Source: Zootoca vivipara
Lineage: Eukaryota
Length of the DNA stretch: 64,000 nucleotides
Reading direction: 5' to 3'
Assembly: GCF_963506605.1 (NCBI RefSeq)
Contig: NC_083288.1
Coordinates: forward strand, 38,874,001 to 38,938,000
Shown: one piece after another, positions 1 through 16,789 of the stretch
Layout: every line of letters begins with the position of its first letter
Position numbering within the stretch: the stretch's first letter is position 1
Notes under the pieces: model-generated
Seen by the model: the letters and a program-made list of their open reading frames with translations, nothing else
Database searches by the model: none
What the model was told of the DNA's origin: nothing
Made by a program: the position numbers and the translations under genes

Positions 1-363
1 ATTTGAAAATAGCTTGGAACTCTACCATCTTACTCTATAGTTGGCAGAACAGCTACACCCATTGACAAGATTCCGCATGCTCTTACGTACTTGAGTCTGG
101 AAGCAAAATATGGATTGGGTTTTGTGTTGTTGTTGTTTTGAAGGGGAACAATATTTTGACCGTTTCCCATGGATGAAGCATAGTAATTTAAAACAAATAA
201 ATAAATGATAAAATAATATTTTCAAGATTCCAAAAAGCTGCACAAATTGTATAGGGTGCTTCCTCGGCCAATATTCCTTAGTCTTTCTGCTTTGCTGTTC
301 TCCAATTTTGGTGTTTTGGGAAAAGGGTGCAGGAAATAAAGCTCTCTCCTCCTTTCCCTGAAG

Positions 364-3300
364 TTGGGCCTGTGGAGTCATCTTTTTCACCCTCTTGGCT
401 GGCTCTCCTCCTTTTTGGCACCGTAAGCAGATGCTGATGCTTCGGATGATCATGGAAGGGCGATACCAGTTTGGCTCCCCTGAGTGGGATGACCGGTCCG
501 ACACAGTCAAAGATCTGGTAAGATGGTGACAATCCCATCTTTTGTAACACAACTCGAGCTACATGTACATTCAACATCTCCTTTTAGGAAACAGCTGTGC
601 CCAGAAAAAAAGACTTCTGCAATGTGGTATTGTGAAGGATCTTACCAGCTGGGCCCAACTGGGATTTGTCTTCCCACCAGTTTCTTATTAAATCCTACAG
701 GATCCCTGTCTAAAACAGTTTATATACAGTGTTCCTACTTTTTAATTTATAGCTGCCACTATTTAATTCCAGCTGGTTGCTTTAACCTTTTACTACATGG
801 AGTAGCAGATTAGAGGCATGGAACAAATGGAGCTGGAGGCTTGTAATATTAATAGTAATAATAGTAATAATAGTAGTAACAACAACAACAACAATAATTT
901 ATTATTTATACCCTGCCCATCTGGCTGGGTTTCCCCAGCCACTCTGGGTGGCTTCCAACAGAATATTAAAATACAATAATCTATTAAACATTAAAAGCTT
1001 CCCTAAACAAATATGCATTAAAGCTTATTTAATATAAAATCATGGCTTTAATGCAGGTATTTATTTAACAACATAGTTTGATGATTGCCAAAATATGTTA
1101 CTACATGGAGTAGCAGATTAGAGGCATGGAACAAATGGAGCTGGAGCCGGCGTACAGCTTCCAGGTCATGTGGCCAGCATGACTAAGCCGCTTCTGGCGA
1201 ACCAGAGCAGCACATGGAAACGCCGTTTATCTTCCCGCCAGAGTGGTACCTATTTATCTACTTGCACTTTGACGTGCTTTCGAACTGCTAGGTTGGCAGG
1301 AGCTGGGACCCAGCAATGGGAGCTCACCCCATCGCGGCGATTCGAACCGCCAACAGCGACACCCGCGTCCCATCATCATCACCTACATAGTTTGATGATT
1401 GCCAAAATATGTTACCATTACTTTAAATCTGGTGTTGGCTCAAAAAAGGTTGCTACATCATTGTCCTATTTCTCATCCCTATGCCGACCTGATAGCCAGA
1501 TCTCCATTTATCCACTGCTCTGGTCAGGGTATTACTGAAAGAGCACAAGGTAGCTAAGCGTGTCTCAATTGTTAGTCAGACTGAACTCCCATCTCTTGAG
1601 ACTTCTGCTCACCCCCTGATCGGCCTGATTCAGTTTTCTTCAGAAATCTCTTTTCTGGTCTGGCACTTGAAGACTCAGCCATCATGGTGCTGCCTCTGAA
1701 GTCTTTTTCCTTCGTGAGGCCCACTGTCAGCTGCTGGCCGCTCTGGTCAGACACCATCCTGGAAAACTACCTCTCCTGGCTGGCCTCCCTTAGTCCCTGT
1801 CTCCTGTGGTTCTAAGCTCATCTTCCGACTCTTTCTCATCTCCTGACCAACTGCTCCCAAAGAATGCTGTGTCTGCCCTTATATTTACTCCCTCTGGCCA
1901 ATCATTGGGTTCTTTCTGGAGTTCCGAGTCCTCATTGGACCAATCATTCGAACGGAATGCCCACGAAAGGACCTATCACTATTTGACTTTTTCAATTCAC
2001 TTGACCCTAATAAAAGGTAGAGTCCACAGCTAACTGCCATTAACTGTAAACCTAGCAAGTATGGAGCCAAATCTGGTATTTTGAAACTAGCCCTGGCAAG
2101 ACTGCCAGCTGAACCCACATACATTATATATTTTCTGACTTCAGCCAGAAGCAAAATGCTGGGTTTCCCTGCTTCTTCACACAATTAACCATTTTTTAAA
2201 TCAAATACTGCTATTGTAACAACCTTCTTACATTTAATCTCTGCTTTAAAAAAATCCAGTATCTTTACACAATTCAAAACTGTTTGTATATTTTATAGTA
2301 TTCTGGTTTTGGTTATGGGGAGGAGCAAAGAGTAACACAGGGATCCCTGCCCTTTACCTCCTAAAATCCTACGGTATTTGTTTCCCAATTCAAGCGTCAC
2401 ATATTTCAGCAGCCTCTATATTTTCAAAGTGTATCTTCTAGGCCTTGAGAACTAAAAACTTGTTTTTCCCTTTAGAAAGAGAACCAACATTCTCAGGATT
2501 ATTATTTTTCTGATTTACTCAGCTTTAAGATTCATCTCTTGAAATGTGTCAACAGTGGGGTAGAAGAGATCCCAGCAATTGTTGCCCATGTTAATAGATG
2601 ATCGCTTTGTGGTGAACTTGATTCCTGAGGCTTCCAGTACTTTCACCTCTGCCCTAATTGGCAGGTTTAAAAAACAAGATTCCATTGCAGAAAAAAGGCC
2701 CTGATTGGCAGCTAGTGACATGAAGTGTTTGGCAAAGTAGATTGACAGAGGGAGTTGAAGAAGTGAGAGTCTGTGGAAAAACTCACAACTAAGCGATAAA
2801 GTCAACGTGTATTGGTCAGAGAGTATCAGAGTAGGACCGGAGGAGATCCTGGTTCAAATATCCATTTAGCCACAGAACTCATTGGAAGACTTTAACCCTA
2901 TCTCCCAGCCTAACTTAGCTTGCAGAGTGAGAACCGCCCATGCTGTATTGAGCTTCTTGCAGGAAGGGTGGGATGAAACAGATTATTATTATTTGCCCCT
3001 GAATATAATAATTTATAATAATAATTTATTATTTGTACCCCGCCCATCTGGCTGAGTCTCCCCAGCCACTCTCAGCCTTCTACATTGGGCGCCAAATAAA
3101 TGCCCCTCTCCCCCAAATGTCTCTTGCCCAACTGTCTGTGTGTGTTTGGCAGATCTCACGACTGCTGCAGGTGGATCCAGAAGAACGGTTGACAGCTCAG
3201 CAGGCCCTGCAGCACCCCTTCTTCCAGCAGTACGGCGGCCGCAAACGCCAGCTCTTCAATCCGCACCACGCATTCAGGGCAAGTCTCTTGATCCTTCCTC

Positions 3301-4847
3301 CTGCCATGCAAATGTTTCCCGCACAGGAGGAAACATTTATGCTAAGGTGGTCCCTGCTGCAACATGTGCAGGCGTTTTCTAAAAACAATGTGTTCGCCTT
3401 TTTCCTTCATACCATTTTTTTAAAAAACGCAGATGTAATCAGTGAATTGACCAAAACCAGCATGACTGATCAATTAGGGCTTCTTAGTCAGTTTGTGTGC
3501 ATCCCCCTTCCCAATTTGATCGTCTCCTTTCACTGCTGGTGCTTTATAGCTTTCTGGTAATATGCCTGAAACTTTGTGGGTCTTTCCACTTGTTTCTTCC
3601 CTAGTCCGTTGTCACTGATGCATGGAGGATGTCTATCAATAGGTAGTGGTCATGATTGCTTTATGATATGGGATCAGAGGTAGCAGCATGCCTCTCAATA
3701 CCACTTGCTGAGGAGCAGGAGGAGGAGAGAGGGCTGTTGCATTTATGTCCCATTTGTTGACTTCCCAGAAGCACCCGGGAAGCCACACTGGAGAAGTGGT
3801 TGTTTATTTGCTACCAGGCCAGGTTAATTCACAAAGCCCTAAACAACTTGGGTGCAAAGTACGTTCAGGATGGTCTCATGCATTATACTCCCCCTTGATC
3901 ACAGAGATCCTCTTTAACGCAGTTTTCCAAACGTTTCATGTTGGCGACACACTTTTAAGGCGTGCATCATGTTGTGACAGTAATTCAGTTTTACTAGCAA
4001 ACCAGTTGTTAAAAAAACCCCTTTCCAGCCCCAGGACAAGTGTGGAGAGTGTTTGCGTGACACACCTACACACAGCAGCTGATAAACCAATGTGTCGTGA
4101 CTCACGGCACACAGTTTAGAAAAGATCTGCTCTCATCTGGAGGTTGCCCAGGCCCTTGAGTTTCATTTGGCCTTCACTAGAGGCTGTGCCTTTAGACCCT
4201 GCCCTGCTGAACTCCATATTCAGAAGAGGTTTGGCAGGAAAATGCCTTATTTCAGTCTGCTGAAAACTACTGTTTAGACCGCTCTTCACAATAGGAACTT
4301 TTTTTAAAAAAAACCAACCAGTATCTACTGTTGTTTTATTGATACTTATACACTGGTTTTATTATACTTTATCCGTTGTAAGCTACCTTGATATACTTTA
4401 TGAAAGCGTGGATTACAATCATTTAAATTAATGAATTGATAAATAAGAATGCTGGACCAGGTGGGTCTTAGTCTGGCACAGCAAGTGCTGATGTTCTCTC
4501 CTGCTAACCTTCTAGGTCTCGCTTCCCATATTGACACTATTCCCATCTCTTTCCCGCGATAGGTTCTTGCATGGACTGTGCGGGCCTCTATCCGCATCGT
4601 CTCCAACTACCGGCGGGTGCGGCCGGTCACCAAGGAGATGCTCATGTGCGACCCCTATGCGCTCAAGGGGGTGCGCAAGTTGATTGACGCGTGCGCCTTC
4701 CGCATCTATGGGCACTGGGTCAAGAAAGGTGAGCAGCAGAACCGGGCTGCCCTCTTTGAAAATGTCCCCAAGGCCATCCAGCTTGTGTTGCTCAGCACAG
4801 AGGGGGAGGAAGCCCCTGCGTTTGTGGTGGACGACCCTCCCAACTAA
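364..4847 (+). CDS. PHKG2: Phosphorylase kinase catalytic subunit gamma 2, last three coding exons (5' part lies outside the window)
   Basis: Exons 364-517 ([51 protein letters not shown]), 3153-3278 ([24 protein letters not shown]...FR) and 4563-4847 (VLAWTVRA...[38 protein letters not shown]...stop). They splice in frame with AG acceptors; the intron after 3278 has a GC donor. Kinase C-lobe plus calmodulin-binding tail. The WACGV/DDRS residues and adjacency to CFAP119-RNF40 favour PHKG2 over PHKG1. Confidence 0.95.
1144..1350 (-). mobile_element. Sauria SINE internal fragment
   Basis: GAGCCGGCGTACAGCTTCC.GGTCATGTGGCCAGCATGACTAAGCCGCTTCTGGCG...GGTACCTATTTATCTACTTGCAC...TTCGAACTGCTAGGTTGGCAGGAGC, recognised as the antisense Sauria SINE body. 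Confidence 0.75.
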
Positions 4848-5489
4848 ACACCTAGTTGCTGCTCCCTGTGGAACTGTGGAATCACTGGGTCCCTGAGCGA
4901 AGAAAGGAGGCAGAAGCCACTTCAAGAACTGTCCCACCACCTTCCATCTCTTCTTTGGGGATACAGCAAGTACCTCCTGTGGGGGGGGGGAGGTATCCTC
5001 ATCCTTGCATGCGAAGGGGGTCCAATTTCCTGGGGAACAAGGACTTCTTTGCCTTCTGGAAAGAATTCCCGAGTTTGTGGCTGTCGGAAACTAAGGGTCC
5101 CCTAACATACCTGGGAAGGGCCTTGAGATCTGTGTAGGGCAAGAATACAGAGCATCTGAATTGTTAGAAGTGTATGGATTAGGGAGGCTTATCTGTGTGT
5201 TGCCAGAAGAAGGACTTTTTGTCTTTGCATCTCTTCCCACAGTAAGGAGACCTGCTCCTGCTACCTCTTGCCCCTCAAAGCAGCCAATTTGACCATTGCT
5301 GAGGGATCAATCCTTGCATACAGCCAGTATGGGTGGTCTAGGGAGGAAGGGGGTGGATTGGGATTGGAAATTGCAGAGTTCCCTTTCCCTACTAGCAGGA
5401 ACTGGGCTCGACCCTTCTCTGTAGATTATACTGTATTTTATTTTCCACCTGGATGTGCCATCTTTCCACATCCGTGATGTCACAAATAG

Positions 5490-5495
5490 AATAAA
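5490..5495 (+). terminator. Candidate PHKG2 polyadenylation signal
   Basis: AATAAA about 640 nt after the stop codon, followed by a T/GT-rich tract. Confidence 0.5.
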
Positions 5496-6024
5496 AATGG
5501 AATGTGACCAAAACTGACGCCGGACTTTGGCTTTCTTTGCTTCCCAAGAAGCGGCCATATCCTTTCAGTTGGGAGAGGGCACAAAGTTGAATTTCTCCTG
5601 GGAAATATCCAAGGGGTGTTCAATGTTTCGGGGGGTGGGGGTGGGGGTATGCTGTTGCTGCTGGAAGGGTGTGCACCCACGGGAAAAGAGTTCAGCTTGA
5701 GAAGACAGGATTTGCACAGAGTGGGAATCTAAGGGACTCAAGAGAAAATCTGAAGAAAGGCAGTGCATCAGTTTCACTCCAGTAGCTGGTTTAGTGAGGG
5801 AGATAGCATGGATGCATGATGCCTGCAATACTTGTACATCCACAATTCAGACAGCGCCCCCAAAGTGTAGCAGCTCTGCTAGTAGGGTGTGAGGAGACCT
5901 ACTCTATACAATGGTTGGAGTGCTTCTGATGGGGAATGCAGCAGGCTGAGAAAGAGGAGGAGAGACTGCCTGGATCCTACACACAGAAGATGTGCAACAG
6001 TGGTACTGATTATTAGGAAAGCTC

Positions 6025-6030
6025 TTTAAT
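6025..6030 (-). terminator. Candidate CFAP119 polyadenylation signal (ATTAAA)
   Basis: Plus-strand TTTAAT reads ATTAAA on the minus strand, about 230 nt downstream of the stop. Confidence 0.45.
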
Positions 6031-6257
6031 GTCTTAACATCACAGCCACATGGAACCTTCCAGTTCCTAAGCAGTATACTGTAGAAAGTTTCTGAAAAAC
6101 AGGTTTCTAAAAGGCATTTAAAAGTGTGGTCTGTCTACCACCCCTCTTTTAACTATTATTTCCACAATTTCTGAGGCATGAGATACTTTATGGGTGGGCC
6201 CTGATAACCTCTCAACATTCTAATCTATAAAGTTATTTCTCTCGCCTCCCAACCTGC

Positions 6258-11354
<5,097 letters not shown>

Positions 11355-11398
11355 CTCTGGTTGTCGGAGTGTACCGTAGAAGGTTGGGGGAATCACGC

Positions 11399-11412
11399 GT
11401 TGCCATAGCAAT
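11399..11412. promoter_or_regulatory. RFX X-box at the CFAP119 5' end
   Basis: GTTGCCATAGCAAT versus consensus GTTGCCATGGCAAC, about 45 nt upstream of the inferred ATG of a ciliary gene. CCAAT boxes nearby at about 11424, 11450 and 11489. Confidence 0.75.
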
Positions 11413-11580
11413 CCCTGCTTCAGCCAATTGGAATTCCCTCGAAATTCGTCCAATAAGAACGAGGAATACTTGAGAGCGATGCGCTTCGCCAATTGTAGAG
11501 GTTCTCTTTGAAGTGTTCCGGCGATTGGGGGGGGGGAAGTACCAGTAGAGATAGAATAAATAGAGCGACATATTAACATA

Positions 11581-11774
11581 GTGATCCCCGACTCTTCGTG
11601 AACTCATGGACCAGAGCACGCCAGGCACTCCTGTCTTCCACTGCAGTTTGGTCAAGCTACCAACATGAGTTTGACCAAACTGCGGGAGGCAGTGGAAGAC
11701 AGGAGTGCCTGGCGTGCTCTGGTCCATGGGGTCACGAAGAGTCGGACAAGACTAAACGACTAAACAACAACAAC
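11581..11774. mobile_element. BovB 3' end with an inverted 5' segment
   Basis: About 11588-11655 antisense and 11655-11774 sense copies of the BovB tail, ending in (CAA)n; 9-bp TSD ATTAACATA. Confidence 0.85.
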
Positions 11775-11793
11775 ATTAACATATGTGAATTTT

Positions 11794-11922
11794 AGTTACA
11801 GGTAGGTAGCCCTGTTGGTCTGAGTCGAAACAAAATAAAAACATTCCTTCAGTATCACCTTAAAGACCAACTAAGTTTTTATTTTGGTATGAGCTTTCGT
11901 GTGCATGCACACTTCATCAGAT
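11794..11922 (-). mobile_element. Penelope-like element terminal-repeat fragment carrying a hammerhead ribozyme
   Basis: Minus strand reads ATCTGATGAAGTGTGCATGCACACGAAAGCTCATACCAAAATAAAAACTTAGTTGGTCTTTAAGGTG... Flanked by the 13-bp direct repeat ATATGTGAATTTT (11781-11793 and 11923-11935). Same family at 29464 and 48691. Confidence 0.8.
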
Positions 11923-11924
11923 AT
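11886..11924 (-). ncRNA. Minimal type I hammerhead ribozyme motif (PLE-type)
   Basis: CUGAUGA core (11914-11920), palindromic stem II GUGUGCAUGCACAC, GAAA (11895-11898), palindromic AGCU helix III, UC cleavage site between 11891 and 11890, and a 3-bp stem I (UAU/AUA). Confidence 0.7.
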
Positions 11925-12099
11925 ATGTGAATTTTGTTCGTAGAGATAGAAAAGCGCTTTTATTCCTCTATGGACCTCAGTGTTGGGCGCCAAGTAGAAT
12001 CTTACTGGGTTAAAATTTGTATTTTTAGTTTACGTGTAGGATCGAAATCTCCAATTCAAGGGTCTTGAATCACTCTAATTTTGGGAAGTCTACGATAAA

Positions 12100-12470
12100 G
12101 AAAGAGCCAATCACAGATCGCGCTTCCGTTAAGGCGTCTCGAGGAGGTTAAGCAACGCAGCCCTGGTTCGCGCTTTGCCCAATAGCTTGAGGTTGGATTT
12201 GCGCATGCGCACTCGGCAAAGAGGTTCTGGCTTCCGTCGTGGGCGAAGGTTGGGCCTTGAGAATGGTTGCGCGAGAGCATGCGCAGTAGGCGCGCTGGCG
12301 TTTCTCGGCCGGAGTAACGCATGGGGGGCGGGGGGAGAAGGACGAGGCAGCCGCAGCCGGGGGGGAGAGGGGCGCTCAGGCAGGTGAGTGAGAGGAGACC
12401 CCCCTCGACACCAGACCCCCCCTTGCAGCACGCTCCCTGCACGTGCCCCCCCCGCCCCGCTCTCCCCGCC
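12100..12470 (+). promoter_or_regulatory. CpG-island promoter and non-coding first exon of RNF40, bidirectional with CFAP119
   Basis: CpG-rich. CCAAT boxes at about 12107 and 12179, perfect NRF1 palindrome TGCGCATGCGCA at 12200-12211, second GCATGCGCA at about 12277, ETS-like CTTCCG cores, and splice donor CAG/GTGAGT after 12383. Confidence 0.75.
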
Positions 12471-13526
12471 CCCCGGCCTTATTGAGGTCCCCCCCTTGCC
12501 TGTGTGGATTGTTCCTAACTGAACTTTCCCCGGAGCAAGTCTCGCCCGCCTTGCCGGGTATTCCGATGCTGCCCTTTTAAAGGTGGCCTCATCCTTCCCT
12601 TGAATTGCTGTGAGGGGGTCCTGGCGGGGTCGGGGGTCGGGTGGGGAACCTCTGGCTCTGCAGAGGCTCTTGGGACTCTGGAACTGCGACCCCCAGTGTC
12701 TCCCCAAGACTGAGGGTCTGAGGGGAGTCGGAGTCCCGCAGCGTCTGGTTGAGGAAAACGGGACCCCCACCCTCGCACCTGAAAAACATGTCAGAGGGAA
12801 GTAGCAAAGCTGGGGCGAAAGGGGGGGAGGCTTCAGTGCGTCTTTAAAAATAGAGCGTGAAGTGTTTGCCTCCTTCCCATTTTTACTCCCCCCCCCCGCA
12901 GCTCCCCCTCCTTATTTCACTCTTTATTTTGGTTTGTTAACTCTCAATTTAAGAATATTTTTCCATAGTGTAGTTGGCATCCTCTCTCTCTCTTTGGCTA
13001 AGTCTTACCTCTTCTCCAAGCCTATGCTTTCTTTTTATCTGCTTGTCAACACCTCTCCGCCCAGCAGAGATTGGGCTCTTGGTACAGCACCAAGATAGAC
13101 ATCAGTGGTTCAGCAGGTGCCTCTTGCGCGTTAACTGTCTCTGTGCCAGGGGACACCTGTTGGTTTTTGGCCTGGTGTATAACTTTTAAAGTGCACACTG
13201 GGGGGGGAGTTAGCAGCCATATCTGCAACTTTTATTCCCCTTTGTGCCCTCTTATAAAAAATTCCATGATTCCCTTGATAATGTCACTGCATTTCCTTAC
13301 CTACCACACACCTCTTTTGCCCTCTGTGTTTTGCTTCTTTCTGCATCTCTGACCAGATATGGGAAGCAGTACCTGGTCTTGACTATAGGAAGATTAATGT
13401 CACATTAGTCTACTTACGGGCAACTGCAACTCACCCTCTCTCTTTTCCTTTCCCTTTATAGCTGAAGCGCTGCCCCCTTGGCTGACTGCCTGATTCCTCT
13501 GCTCTCACCTGCTGCTCAGAGTCACC

Positions 13527-16500
13527 ATGTCGGGACTTGCGAGCAAGCGGGCAGCTGGGGATGGGGGCTCTGGACCCCCTGAGAAGAAATCCAACAGGGA
13601 GGAGAAGACTACCACTACCCTGATTGAGCCCATCCGCCTGGGGGGCATCTCTTCCACGGTGAGGACCAGGGGATTGAGTGCAGGGTGGAGAAGTACTCAG
13701 GTGGTGGTGGTGGTCAAAGTCTGAAATTCGCTTCTGAAAGGTGTCGTGATGGCTGCCAAATTGGATAGCTTTGAAAGGGGGTTGGACAGATTCATGAAGG
13801 ATAAGGCTGTCAGCAGCCACTAGTTATGACTGTGTTCTGCCTCAACTGTCAGAGGCAGCTTGCACTGAATACCAGCTGCTGGGGAACCTGAGCTTGACAG
13901 TTGTGTTTCCCTCAGGTCCTGCTTGTTGGCTTCCTATGAGCATCTGGTTGCACACTGTGAGAAGAGAACTCTTTCTATATGGCAATTAATTGTTTTGATT
14001 TTTTAAAAATAAAATAAAAAACCCTTCTGGAAATAAATATTGGGAGTTTGGGGCGCAAGTATGCTCCAGATCAGGCTTTTTAAATAGGCAACTCTGCAAA
14101 AAAGAATATATAGGTTGGGACCAGGAAAAAAATTATGCCCAAAATTTTGCCTAGAAACTGGATGTTGGTAGCTGGGTATCTGAAATATCTCTGCAGGACT
14201 GGTGGCATAAAATTAGTTGCTAAGATTTAGGAGTTAGAAATACCTTCCCCTATCACTTTTAGAGGAAAATATTAAGCAGCACCTTCCAGGTTAATTTCCT
14301 GACAGGAACCTTTTCAACAGGGGCACGGGCCCCTGTGGTAGATTTCCGTCTTTTAACCACACCAGTTGTGATTTTAAAGGCAGTGTTTACTTGATCAGAA
14401 CAGCAGCACCTGCTGGGAACTCCCCAAAGTAGAGCTGTGGCCTATAAATGACTCAGGCTTATATAGGGGCCTTCCCTCACCTTAGCTTTGCACATGAGTA
14501 GCAATTAAGTACCATATCAAGGAGAATTGCAGTCGGCCAACTAAGCAATAACCTTATTGGGAGAGCAAAAGTAACATCATAGGCAGGGGCTTGAGAAAGC
14601 GAGGCCATAAGTTTACCTATCAGTGCCAGCAAATTCCTTCTCACTCTTTAATAGGCATATTGACTCTTTTATAACATCTTTCCACATCCTCTTCACACTT
14701 ACTTTTACTGTCTATTTGCTGTCAGTGTAGAGCAGGCATCCCCAAACTGCGGCCCTCCAGATGTTTTGGCCTACAATTCCCATGATCCCTAGCTAACAGG
14801 ACCAGTGGTCAGGGATGATGGGAATTGTAGTCCAAAACATCTGGAGGGCCGAAGTTTGGGGATGCCTGGTGTAGAGTATATACATCAATACATTTATCTA
14901 CTTTTAACTAAAAGAATAGAAAACTACCTTATACTGACTCAGACTGTTTGTTGATTGGTATTGTTGGCAGTGTCTGGCACCAGCTTTCAGCCAGGAGTCC
15001 TTCGCCACCCTCCATGGAGATGTTGGGGTTCAAATCTGAGACTTTTGCAAACAAAGCATGTGTTCTGCCACTGATCTGCACCCTTTAAGGAATTATTGGT
15101 CAATTTAAAAAAGAGAGGGGGACGGAATTCATTCTAGTTGTAGTTCTGTGCCACACTAGGGTAAATGATGATGGACCATATTTTTTTTAGGATGCTGTTG
15201 ATGTGTGTGTATCTATCTAATATAGTAGAAATACCATCAGAACTTGGAGTTGTTGATGGAAACGGCCGAGGATCATGCTGTGATTTACATTCTGATGTGC
15301 TGTTTTATTTCAGGAGGAGATGGACCTCAAGGTGCTCCAGTTCAAGAACAAGAAATTAGCCGAACGCCTGGAGCAGCGGCAGGCCTTTGAGGACGAGCTG
15401 CGTGAGCGCATAGAAAAGCTGGAGAAGAGGCAGGCCACCGACGATGCCACTCTCCTGATTGTCAACCGCTACTGGAAGCAGGTCAGGGCGCCTTCCTGTC
15501 CAATCGTTTCCTTTTCTTAAGTTTATAGTCCTTAAGGTTGACAAGATGAGGTTGATGATCAGTTCAGCAGCTGGTGGAAGCGTTAGGAAACCAGCAGGGT
15601 ATTAAGCAGGGTTTCTAAGTGGTTGGGGAGCGATATTTTGTCATGTTGCTCCTGTGTCACCTTCCTTGTGACAAGCACAAGCCAAATGGAGATAACTGGC
15701 TGGATAGTTTTGGTATTGACTCAGCCCTGCCTGTGGCATCCCCTATCTCTCCCTGTGTCCTTCTCAAGCCGTCTCTCCCCCCCCCCAATTTCTACAGCTA
15801 GATGAGACCGTGCAAGTGCTGCTGAGGCGATGTGACGGAGAATGCGGCCAGGCTCTCGAGGAGCCCAAGTTGGAGATGACGGGAGCCGAGTTGGATGCCG
15901 CTCTCCTGGGGCAGGAGGGGCTGGAGAGGAGAGGTGAGCCCAGCTCTCTCCGATACAGGATGCTGGGAGGAGATGCAGCTCCCGTCCTCAGAGCCAGTAA
16001 CCATTGCTGTTCTTCTGGTCCCCACAGAGGCAGTCCTGTCCCCCGTTACTCCCCCCGCCCCGTGGAAAGCTGGAGCGGGGCTTGTGCTGAACGAGTCAGC
16101 CCTCTCCTTCTTGGCTACCTTGGCCAGCAGCAGCAGCGAAGAGATTGAGCTGCAGCTCCAGGAGAGCATGGAGTTCTCCAAAGCCGCCGTCTCCCGCATC
16201 GTGGAGTTCTCTGACAAGATCCACCGGCGCACCGAGGAACTCTGCCAGAAGATCCACGCCCGGGGTGAGGCCAGGCCCCATGTCAGAGCTGGGCTGAGCA
16301 GGCACCTTTCGAAGCATTATTATTATTATCACATTTATTTCCCACATTTTTCTCCAAGGAGCTCCACGTGTTCTACACGGTTCTGCCCTATATCATTTAA
16401 TCCCCACAACAATCCTATGAGGTAGATTTTGACAGCATTCCCAGGATCATTTACATAACTTTTGTCTCCAAGCATCAGTTAGAAAAGGGAGGTTTGTTTT

Positions 16501-16739
16501 TTAAAATGACATTTTTAATTAAAATTTCAAAAATACATAAAAAAGAATCCATAGAAATGAGCTAGCAAAAGCAACAAAGCAAAAGCAACAGTTATGGATA
16601 AAGCTGTCTACTTTGGCAGTGTTTTTGGGGAAAGGTCCTTTTGGAGTTCAGTTGGGTCACCTCATGGGATCTTTTGTTGATGCCGATATGAATGCTTCTA
16701 TTATTATTATTATTAATTGTGCTTTATTGATTTTCAAGG

Positions 16740-16789
<50 letters not shown>

